Part shown: one piece after another, positions 39,126-50,245 of the stretch
Layout of the letters: the number at the start of each line of letters is the position of its first letter
Position numbering within the stretch: the stretch's first letter is position 1
From: the human T2T-CHM13v2.0 reference genome, Homo sapiens
Reading direction: 5' to 3' (one strand)
NCBI RefSeq assembly: GCF_009914755.1
Contig: NC_060929.1
Length of the DNA stretch: 64,000 bases
Translations under genes and position numbers: made by a program
Notes under the pieces: generated by a model
Told to the model about the DNA's origin: nothing
Database searches by the model: none
Seen by the model: the letters and a program-made list of their open reading frames with translations, nothing else

Positions 39126-40349
39126 GAAAACATACCCTCATCTGTTTGTTCTTTGAGTCTCAGAATAAGCTCACTTGTGTTAAATCCCTGGTGGATGTGA
39201 GGTTAGTTTTTATCTAATTGGTCTCAACACCTCCACTCTGGCTGTAAGATTTTTATCCTTTTTCCATCTCTAATTTCCGCAATACCCCAAATGTGTCTGA
39301 ACATCCTCTGCTGGATTTTAAGCAGATGCTTCGGATTTCATGAAGCACATTTACATTTTTCGACACTGTTGAAGTGTCTGGGCAATTTAGGCACACATGC
39401 CATAATTTTTCAGCTTGCAGGGGACTGTTAAATATTTCCCCAAAGAGTCTCCAAAGAGCAGAATGAATATTCTGAATATTCCAGGACACACTGGTGAGCA
39501 TTTCTCCCAGTTCTTGTCCCGGCTGGGGTCTGCATTGGAAGAAGACAGGCTCCTGTCAGTGAAATAAGACTGCTCTTTATTTCACTAAAGCATTGCTGAC
39601 TCACAGTGCTTCTCCTGCTTTCCCACCTTCTATTCTCTCATTTGAATTTGGTCCGGATTCAGGGGGTGGGAGCAAGGGAAGATCAGAGACTTCTTAAGAT
39701 GAAAAGGCACTCGAGGACTTCCGTCCTGTACTTTGGAGTTGTCACAGCAGTCTGCTTGTTCAGCCTCAGGTTTCACTCTCTCAGCTGAGAACGTTCTCCT
39801 AATGCTGTGCTTCCCATACAATGGCCCGCCTATAGTCAACCCTCCTGACCAGTGTGCATGATCTCGGCACAGCGTATCAGCTACTGGAGCCGTTTACATT
39901 TGCATCAACTCCAGTTTCTCTCTTCATGAAATAAGCAAGTGATTCTAAGTGACTTAAGCTCCTGAGTCACAATCCAGTTTCATGGGGTCTTAAAAGACCG
40001 TTGAGATATTTTGTACAGAATATCTGAAAATGTAGCCTGCAGGGTTTTCATGGTCTGCCCAAAGCTGGGTCTAAAAATAAAATCTAAGCTGACTGGCAGC
40101 ATGAGAAGTGCCCAAATCAGCAGATGGTGTGAAATGCAAGACTTGTGAAATGAAAATATATTCACCAGAATACACATCCTTTCCCATTTATTAAAGGTCT
40201 GATGGGAACACATGCTCCTGGTAGACACACAGTGGGCTGTTTAATCAGGGGAATGTCAGAGGTAGAGGGTGTCTGTCTTTGAGCAACATTCTTGATGAGA
40301 TCACACACGAGCTTCCCAAGGACAAGACATTAGTGTAGCTGGGAAGGCT

Positions 40350-40680
40350 GTGTCACCAGGGGACCTGGCCCCAATGGACCAGGTGGCCCACAATGGTCAG
40401 GTGACCCATATCCATGTGAAGGGGAATTTTCAGGTACACCTTTCAGGCGTCACCCTTGGTTCTAACTGCCCTGCATTTGAGATCAAAGGCTTGTTGGGTG
40501 ACGGAGGAGAGGCTGAGAGCAGCCCTAGAGCAGCTAGTGATGTCACAAGTCTGGAAGAGATACTAAATCTGATGGAAATGGAATACAGAGTCCAAAGAGA
40601 TTTCATCCAGTTAGAACATGTGACAAATTGTTGAAGATTAGAACAAAAATAATAAAAATACATGTAAAAGAAATAATATA
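40350..40680 (+). mobile_element. CR1/L3 reverse-transcriptase relic
   Basis: ORF 40350-40634 ends ASDVTSLEEILNLMEMEYRVQRDFIQLEH, colinear with the recalled CR1 RT segment ADDTKLGGxxNTLEDRxRIQRDLDRLE. The catalytic DD motif is lost. Confidence 0.6.
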
Positions 40681-41491
40681 AACTGAAGAGCCTCTATCTT
40701 AATGTTGTTACTATGAAATGCAACTATTTCCACGAAATGGATGGATAATAATGAGTGGGTTAACATTCACTCATTAGTTAGCATTGAGCTGACTTATGTT
40801 AACTAGCATTTACTTTTCCAAGCACTTTACACATCCTGACTCATGTGATCATCCACACTCTACACAGAAGGACATGTCGCCCCTTCTACTTCAGAGGGAG
40901 TGGCCAAAGATGACTCAGTGGCTCAGCTTATAAGTGGAAGATGTAGAATCTGAACTTAGACAGGCTGGCTGCAGAGTCCCCCCCATCAACCTACTCTCCT
41001 GATGTTCCAAATGGTCCAAATAGGAGACTCAGCTTTCTCAGAACTCATGTGTTGAAAGTAAAATGTTACATGATTTATGTGACTTTAATGGCAGACTGGG
41101 GATGAGTTTTATTTTTGTCACAGGGTCCATAACTGGGTTATACTTTACAAGAAAGACAGGTAAAATATTACAGAAAAAAAAAAATGGATCTCTTCGAGGC
41201 CATTGAGCCATTGCCAGTGTCCCTGATTCAATTATGTTTGTGAAGCCCTGAGCAAATACCCTCATATTTAAAATGAGGAGTTTGGAGAAAATGATCCTGA
41301 GCTCTGTTCCAATTCTGTCCTTTCATGATTTGCTAAACAAAGTGTAGTGCATTTATGTAAAAACTGTGTAAAAAAGGAAGATGGAAGAAACTCATGGTCC
41401 ACTGAGAAGTGAAAGGCCTGTGGTAGCAGTATGGCTATGAAATGATAGCACCCTGGCATTCGCCACGCAGCAGCGCTGAGAAACTGCAATG

Positions 41492-42010
41492 TTGCCCTCA
41501 AGGCCTTCAGCTGATTTGGTGAGGCCTACCTTCATTATCAAGGGTAGCCATTTTTACTTAAAGTCAAACTGATTGTAAGTGTCAATCACTTCTGCACAAT
41601 ACCTCCACAGCAACACCTAGATAATTGTTTGAGAATAATTAGGTAGCATAGCCTTGCCAAGTGGACACATAAAACTATCACATTCCACCCCTTGTCAACT
41701 GGACACTCAGGCACATCCACTTTAAACCATTTCTCTAGACAAAGACAGTAACAAAGCCATGTTTCTTCATAGCATGAAACAACTGGCCTGCATACTACTG
41801 AAAATACACTGACATCACCAGAGGGGTGTGCAGACTCTGTGGAGTGCTGTTCACTTTTTTATATCCTGTAACTTGAATATTGTGCTATCATTAATACATC
41901 CTATGTTATATGATAAGATGATAAAAGTGGAAATAAAAATATGCATATATATGTTTGTGTATAGATATATACAAACACATACAACACGTATGTGGAGTAC
42001 AATCTTCTTA
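41492..42010 (-). mobile_element. MaLR/ERVL (MLT1E-like) LTR part plus adjoining internal sequence
   Basis: LTR boundary gccaagtggacacataaaactatcaca at about 41682 is followed by ttccaccccttgtcaact (reverse-complement polypurine tract) and internal sequence. Confidence 0.7.
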
Positions 42011-42393
42011 TAAGGTATCAAGCAAATTTTTATTACATTGCTTGGTGTACATCGTATTCAAAGGCATCATTAAAATAAATATGTTCACCATAATGCTATT
42101 ATAGTACAGTATCTGAATCTAATTAATATTTTAATCTAATTAATATCTCAATTGATTAATATTTTAATTAATTGGATTAGTATTGTATTTCAATATTTTG
42201 ATTTACTTTGTTTCTTTGAAAAAATAAATCTTCTTATTTGAGTTGACCCTTTTAGATCAATTAGTAATATGTAATTCCTAAATTTTATTTTCACTCTAAA
42301 ATGCTTTAAACCTGAAGTGAGTTCAGCTGCCAGTCCTAGGTTCCCCAACACTTAGTGAGTCCCTTCACACATGTGAAACCGATGAAGGTTTTA

Positions 42394-42448
42394 TTAGGTT
42401 GGTGCAAGAGTAATTGCAAAAACCACAATTACCTTTGCACCAACTTAA
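42394..42448. mobile_element. MADE1 (Hsmar1-derived MITE), internally deleted
   Basis: TA|ttaggttggtgcaagagtaattgc-aaaaaccacaattacctttgcaccaacttaa|TA. Confidence 0.92.
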
Positions 42449-42539
42449 TAGAGGTGCATATCATCTTAGATCTCTCTTCCAAAACCAAGGGAGAGATGCA
42501 CTCATAAATAGCAGGGATAGAGATAAAAATGTCCCCATT

Positions 42540-42884
<345 letters not shown>

Positions 42885-43035
42885 CTAGCACTTAACCCCC
42901 ATCCTTTCCCTGCCCCACTCTGGGTTGAGCCCCTTCCCCATGACAAAGAGCCCACCCATCAGAACATTAGCTCCCCATGGAAAAGAAACAGGCAGATCCT
43001 GCAGAGCTATTGAGGACCAGCTGAGGCCAGCAGGC

Positions 43036-43547
43036 AGCATTGGTTTCCAAAGCTGCTATAACAAATTACCACAAGCTTGGTGGCCTGAAACAATACACAT
43101 TTTACAGTGTTGGACGCCAGAAATACAAAGCCAGTTTCATTGGGGTAAAGTCAAGGTGTTGGCAGGGCTGGTTCCTTCTGGAGACTTTATGAGAGAATCT
43201 CTATCCTTGCCTTTTCCAGCCTCCAAAGGCTGCTGCGTTCCTCAATCATTCCACCCCTTTCTTCTACCCTCACGTCTCCAATTTCCTCTTTCATACTCCT
43301 GCCTCCATCTTACGAGAACCCCTGTGATTAACTGGACCCACCTGTGTCATCCAGGATGCTCTCTCCATCTCAAGCTCCTGAGGTTCATCACGTGTGCAAA
43401 GTCCCTTTTGCCATGGAAGGCAGCATCCACAGGTTCCAGGGATTAGGATGTGAACAACATTGGAGGGGCCATGGCTCAGCTCACCCCTGGGGATTAGAAC
43501 GTGGACATCTTGTGGGGAGATTGTTCTGCTCATGCTCAGGCCCACAC
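43036..43547 (-). mobile_element. MaLR solo LTR, MLT1D-like
   Basis: gctgctataacaaattaccacaagcttggtggc...aaagtcaaggtgttggcagggctg...gcaaagtcccttttgccatg. Confidence 0.85.
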
Positions 43548-45129
43548 CCTCCTGGGAGGAGAGGTGAGTAAAATAAAGGAAAAGAGTGGGAGAGAGTTTC
43601 CAGGGAAGTCCCTCCTCCTGGAGACATGAGAAAAGGGAATCATGCAGAAATAAAAAAGGAATGAAACCCAGGAGTAACCTGGCTGTCCCCACCCGACTGA
43701 CTCCCATGGAGAAAGCACAAGGAACCCTGAGTGTTTGATGGGTATGCACTGGGGCCAGGCCTGGGCCTACCTGCCCTGAGTCCATCCATGAAGCAGCTGG
43801 CTTCCTCTGGGCTAGCAAGGAAGAGGTCTGCAGAGACCAGCGAGAGAGCGAGCATAGGAGCAAGATGGGAGCCGTAGTCTGTGGAGCCTAATCTGGCCAG
43901 TGACATCTGACCCGTCACTTTTGCCTATTCTGGTCATAAGAAGGAGGTTACTGGGTCTCACCCTTAAGTGGATGGGATAACATCAGAACACAGATATCAG
44001 TAGGAGGTGGATCTTGGGCACCATCCAGGAAACTGGCTGCACAGATGCATGCCCCTCCACTTGGTGTCCTCACGCATCCCTCTCTACAGTGCTTCTGGGA
44101 ACCATATTGGATTTACCAGGGTCAGTATCCACTAATGTGGTGCCTTTGGTTTCTCTCCTTTCTACAAGGAAAAGAAAAATAATTTATTAGAGAACCTGTT
44201 TCCTACTGGTGAGTGTTTGAGTGTCCTGGATACTTAAAAACCAGGGTAAGTTTCACCTTCCTGTTAATGAAAGAGCTGGTTATGGGAGGATCTCTGTGCC
44301 TGTGTGGCCAAGGAACAAGCACCCATTCTGCTCTCGACGTGTAGAAGTTTCCAGTGAATGAACACTTTGTCCAGACCTATCTGCCCCCGCCCCAAAGTCA
44401 CAGCTTAGAAAAGGGGTTTATTTCTACAGTGTTTATTTTTAAAGTGTCGACGATTTTGTGCTTGGAGAAGCTGGCCTGTCCTTCAGAGGGGCAGTTAGTT
44501 CTTTCTGAAGGTCATTCTGACAGTGACATGGCAGTCCTTCAGCATGCGGTCGGTGGGTTACACGCCAACCGATAAACAGCCCTTTTGCTTCTTCCTTCTT
44601 TCCCACAATTGCACTTCCCAGGTAATCCCTTCCGTATGGGCAGTTCAGCTATGGTAACTGGAGGCTGGGAGATTGAATGTACTGTCAGAGCCACCACAGC
44701 TTCTCCAGGCAAGTTGTCTGCGCTGGGTGTGTGCAGACGGGGATTACTGCAGACCAGACATTTGAAGAAATTTCTACTTCCTAATGATCATTTTCCAGAA
44801 CTATTGACAGAAATTCACTTCTTCTGTCTTAGGAAGCCATCCCTTAAAGATAAGCTTCTTCCCTCCCATCAGTAACTCCTTTCACCTATTCCAATACTGA
44901 TGCCATACAGCCCTCCGTTAGGGGACACAAAATGTTTTCGGAAAAGTACCCTAATAAGGTTATGTTTTCTTGTGCGGATTCCTATGGTCCTTTCTTTACA
45001 AGACAGAACAGAAATCCAGTTCATCTAATGCTTTCTTTTAGGTCTTTATTTTCCCAGCTATGTCCAGAGTTGGCTTTGAATGAATGGTAACGCATGACTA
45101 AATACATCGATGATAATAGAGATGGTGGC

Positions 45130-45340
45130 TGACAACAGCATTTATTCAGGGCTTCCTATCTGGAGCAAGCAGTTTCCAAGGTGTTTGACACGTTCTGTTC
45201 TGTTAAATCCTGGTAATAAGATCCCTACCTCCTTTTTTCTGGTGTGAAGACCGAGCCTGGGAGAGATGAAGCGACTGGCCCAGGGCACACAGTGTGGAAG
45301 TGGCAGAGCTGGATTCGGGGGCAGGCATGTAGATGCCACC
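45130..45340 (-). mobile_element. MIR
   Basis: agcatttattcagggcttcctat...gagatgaagcgactggcccagggcacacagtgtggaagtggcagagctggattc. Confidence 0.8.
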
Positions 45341-45399
45341 TCCTGCACCCACAGCCAATGATTCCCCTTTCCCCAGAGCATTCAATCAGGCTCCAAGTC

Positions 45400-45830
45400 T
45401 GGGTCATTCCAGAATATACCATGAGGCTCCATACTTGCTTTCTTCCCTCACGCCTTCACTTAGATCTTGCAAAAGCAGGCTGGATCATGTGTTATGCTTA
45501 AGATGCACAACCTGCTAGACTAAAATCAAAATGCCTTTGCAAGGCCGTCCGTGGGCTGTGCCTTCTCCAGCTCGCCTCTCTTTCAGCTGTCTTCTCCTTC
45601 TTTCGTTTACAGAAGGCACCACACCTCCTCCAATGCAGCATTTCCTGGCTCCTTCTTCTTCCTTGGGGCTCAGCTTTAAATTGTCACCTCCTTAGAGAAA
45701 CCTTACTTTATGGCCCAGGCAAGTCCCCATGTTCCTTCTCCTGAGCCCGTTTGGCATTCACCATAAACAACTTTACATCATTATTTGTTCAGTGTCTTTC
45801 TTCCCATCATTTTTTAAAGTTCCATGGGTA
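45400..45830 (+). mobile_element. L2 fragment
   Basis: ggctcagctttaaattgtcacctccttagagaaacctt and gttcagtgtctttcttcccatc...aagttccatggg. Confidence 0.6.
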
Positions 45831-47964
45831 TATGAGAGTGGGATCTACTCTCAGAATATGCTACTCCTGCACACTCTCAAATGGTGAATAGCAGAGCTGC
45901 TGCTACTGATGAGGAACTACACATAAATAGGATGTTCCTCAAGGGAAGGCTGGGGGTGTCACACCACAAGTGGGTAAAAGCAGGACCCACAGCAGAGACT
46001 GCTGGCTTTCTTACTTGATTTATTCTCTCATCCAATGCTATGGTGCCTGGGCTTCAATACAGACTCAGGAAATACTCTGTGTCTCTATGAATTCATAACC
46101 TAATGGACAAGACAGACATACTTGGATAATTACAGTAGTCCCCTTTCTTTCCCTGCTGATGAAATTGAGCACCAGGCCTGGGTGGCATGGGTGGAGAGGC
46201 CCTAATGCAGTCCAGGAGATCCTGAAAAGCTTAATGGAGCAGTCATAGGTATGGGTCTCGCATCCTGTCTTTCTTACCTGAGGACACACGCTGGCAGATG
46301 GGCGTGTCCGGGGAGACCAGGACCTGCCAGGTGCCCCTGGTTCAGATGCAGAAAGGTGGGCTTTCCAGGAATTTCTTACAAGCCTTCAGAATTAAAGAGC
46401 TTCTGAGCTTGCCTGTCTCCTTGTTCCCTGTGTTATCAATGGCGTGCCTGGCATACCCAGTTCCAAGCAGGTGATCTTTACCTGTGCCTCTCTCAGGGTT
46501 GACACGCAACGTTTTGTAGTGAGTAGATGTGTCAGCAGGGGCTGACCTGCTGTCTACTTTCAGTCACTTCTCTCATGGTTTTGTTTTTGACAATGGAGCT
46601 GCTCCTTCCCACACCCTCACCATGTCAGACTTCTTGCGGAGGGACTATGCAAGTCGTCCGTCCTGGAGGGACTTTCCCACAGCTCACTGCTTTCCACTGG
46701 TGAAGCCCATGGACAGCATTACACTATTTCCTGTGCTCTGAGATTCAGGAGTCTTAGTTATGGTAGTGGCCCCAGCATGCTGCTCCTCCTTTATAAATTC
46801 CTCCTAGTTTCTGGGAACCCCATATTCTCCCTCTGGGATCCATGCAAGTTAAGCTGAAACTGCTGCTGCTTCCATTGACACCTGCCCATTTCAGGGCTGA
46901 ATCTGAGCGGCATTTGTGAAACTGTTTTCTTTTCTGTATAGGGCCGAATTAAACAAACATATCATGTCAGTTTTGTCTGGGAAGTGCAAATATTAGCTAG
47001 AGAAGTTTGTATAGGTGAACTATTTCTTTTTAAATTAATTTTTGTCTTCAGTATAAAAAGAAAAAATAGCATTATCTACTTAAAGTAGTCATGAAGGGTC
47101 TACTTTGTAAATATATTTTTATATATTACTATAGTATAGATAATATATAAATTTATGTTGTAAATTGTGTGTATATATAGGAGTGTGTGTATGTACAGGT
47201 ATATATATCATAATGTAAAAGCCAATAATTTAAAACTGGGTGAGAAAATAAAATGCCACATAGAAATCATTGTAAGAGTAAAGATTTGTAGCAAATTTTT
47301 TTAGAACAGCTGGCAGAGTGAGCATGAACCTGCCTGTCATTGTGTTGTATGTCTGTGTCTGCATGAACAACTTCTATTTCAGTTTTGCACCAGCAACTCC
47401 TAATTATTCTGTCCCTTCAAGAATAAGCTATTACAATCTCAGTGTTTGCCAGTAACTTTAATGGTTTTTTTCTTAATAGCAGTGGATCTGAAATGTTTTT
47501 TCAGGCTGAAGTGCTCTAATTCCTGAAATATGTTGAAAGTGGAGTCGAGTTGACACAGTATGTCCATACTTTAGGCCCTGAAGAATCTTCTTGGCAGCTT
47601 GCCTAGAACCCCAAAGCCATCTGTGATTTGCATACAAATGAACATTGTGAAATTAAAAATAAACATGCAACCATAATATTTACTTGTCTGCCTTTGTTTC
47701 TCACTCTGGGAGGAGAGATAGTAGGCTGAGTGCATTCATTTGTCCTGAAACCCCAGGGCTGAGTCGTTCATCTGCTGTTAGCAGCAGATAATTACAGGTG
47801 GTGTTTTTGGAGGCGAGGATAATGATACTGAAAAACAAGTTAGAAAGACATTCATGAAGCTGGTAGTGTTACATAACTGCTATAGCCTCTGTCCTGTTCA
47901 CATTTTCTTCTAGTTCTTACAAGGGACCATCAGTGCCATGAAGTTGGCATATGAAGCAGGAGTG

Positions 47965-48320
47965 GTGAGGTGATGCTGCTGTAACAAATGACCCTGAGAT
48001 CCCTGTGACTGACAGCAGAGCTGCTTCCTGTTGCTACATTAGGTTTCTGTTGTGGATAGTGGGCTGCAGTTCTCACACCATCCTCTTTCCTCCAGATCCC
48101 TGGCGAAGGCAGCACTCCCATCTGGAGCATTGCTGGGCTCATGGCAAATGGAAGGGAGATGGCAGAATCCTGTGATGTCCCTAAAGCTTCTGCTCAGAAG
48201 GGGCTCTGGTCACTTTCACTGATCATACTTTAGCCAAACTTTATGTCAGCTGGGCAGGAAAATGTAATTCCCCGAATAGGAAGGGGATCACAAGTCACAG
48301 GACCATGCCTGAAGAAAATG
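47965..48320 (-). mobile_element. Old MaLR LTR (MLT1J/K-like)
   Basis: gctgctgtaacaaatgaccctgagatccctgtgact...aaagcttctgctcagaagg...ggtcactttcactgatcat. Confidence 0.65.
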
Positions 48321-49810
48321 GGATGGGAAGGTATCACCCTCTCAAATTTTCTTTGCATTTTAAGACACTTTCACAAGCAAGTGCTCATTTGCTGCTGATC
48401 TTGGCTTCACCACCACTTGAATCTGAAGAGTTCTCTCCCTGTGATTATGACTCCTTTGGCTAAATTTTGATAGTCTTGTTTTAAGTGCCAACATTCGTTT
48501 CTCATTTTTAGGGCCCTACGAAGTAGCCCGGATATTTTCCCTTCAAAAATTCTCATTGTGCAGGAACATGAGATGCAGTCCCCCGACAAGAGGCCAGGCA
48601 GCGTGTGAGTGGTGGGATGTAGCCCTAGGTCGTACCCGGAAGTGGCTTTCTCCAGCCACTATCCACAGGATCCTGGATAGACTAAACTTTCTGTCAGCTC
48701 CTCCTTCAGATAAGTCTATTTCCAGTACTTGCATGATTTATTTTTCTCACAGCTTCCCTCTTTGGAATTCAGAATGTTCTCATCTAGTGGCCCAACAACT
48801 GGCTGCTGTGTCTCTCCACTTGGTTTTCCTGGGACCCCAGGGATATTTTGCAGATAGAACCCTGAGGTCCTGTTTTGGCATTCCAGCCTTCCAAAAGTAA
48901 GAATACAGATTAATCCTCACCCACTATGGCCCTCTCTAAAATTCTCTCTATTGAATTGAGTGGCTCACCTTTCACTCAAATGACAACCAGGAACTTTTTC
49001 ACTATTAAAATTGGAACCCAAGCCTTCTTTGTTTTGTGAATTGATGAAGAACTTTTTTTAAAGAACGAAACACATCTTGATTTTTCTATAAATTCCCTTT
49101 TACTTATTACTGAGAAAGTTAACCATTAACAGTCTACTGGGTCTAAAAATCCCTGTCCCCAGAAGTATCATTAAAGAAGAAGTATGAGTCTGGAATGAGC
49201 ATCACTGTGGAAAATGAGACTTTGACTCTCCCATTGTTCTATGGGAATATCTCAATGGCAGTGACCCTGAAGTGAAAATTGCATCATATGAAGAAGTACT
49301 TTGGATAAACATTTCTTCTCTAGACATCTCTGTCAACTTTGGGATGACCAAGCCTGTTGTCAGGACCCCATGAAATGTCTATGTCCCTCTTGGCCATGAA
49401 CTGTATTTTCTCCTGCCTTCTATTATTCTGGAAGAGTGTTCTTGCCCCACAGCCAGCATCCCTGTGTCTTGTCTCCCTGCCTCTGGGCCCAGTCCACTCC
49501 CTGCATTACACCTTGGTGGGCCCTCATCACTTACCTGAGGCAGCGCCCATCCCAGCATGGTATCCCATGCCCTTCATCCTCACCTGTGCGGTTCCACTCA
49601 CACTCAGCATCTCAGCCACACTGATCTGCTTAGAAATGCCTGAGCCACCTGCTCCCTGGGGCCCCTGGAATCTGATAGTGGACACTCCATGGCATTCTCT
49701 CTTGTCTTTGTACCCTTCTTTTCTCACAATTTCTATTCATCATTTTAAAATCAGCTTGAGAGTCACTTGATTTAAGAAGCATTTCTTGACAACTCACAAG
49801 GAGAGCTAGG

Positions 49811-49880
49811 CCTCCCTTCTTCCCTCCCTCCCTCCCTCCCTCCCTTCCTCCCTTCCTTCCTTCCTTCCTTCTCTTTTTCC
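49811..49880 (+). repeat. (CCCT)n(CCTT)n polypyrimidine microsatellite
   Basis: About 70 nt of uninterrupted pyrimidines. Confidence 0.96.
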
Positions 49881-50109
49881 TTGACCCACACATACCAAAA
49901 ATTGAAAATCTTCTGCAAAAGTTTTAACCTTCTGATCCTTGTGTTCAAGGGTCATAATTGCTTTTAATGAATAGAGCTTCCTTGTCTTCAAAAATCAGTC
50001 TTCCCTGCATCAAATTTCACTCTCTTGGTGGCTCTAAAAATCTTATTTGGGGTTGGGAGATGCAAAGGAAAGAAAACTATTCTGAGTTCATGACAGTTAG
50101 GATTCAGAG

Positions 50110-50245
50110 CCTGCACTATTTATGTTCACAGTTCTTTTAATCCTCCTGACAATCGATAAAGTTACTATTATTGTCCCATTGTAAATATTGACAAACTGAA
50201 CTTCAGAGGGTTGAAATGACTCAACCAAGTCTCCATTGCAGGGAA
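50110..50245 (-). mobile_element. MIR fragment
   Basis: tttaatcctcctgacaat...tattattgtcccattgtaaatattgacaaactgaacttcagagggttgaaatgact. Confidence 0.75.

Noticed and set aside
42925-43863. 173-aa and 190-aa ORFs
   Set aside because: They overlap an MLT1D-like LTR, start at non-ATG codons, and show no recognisable domain or splice structure.
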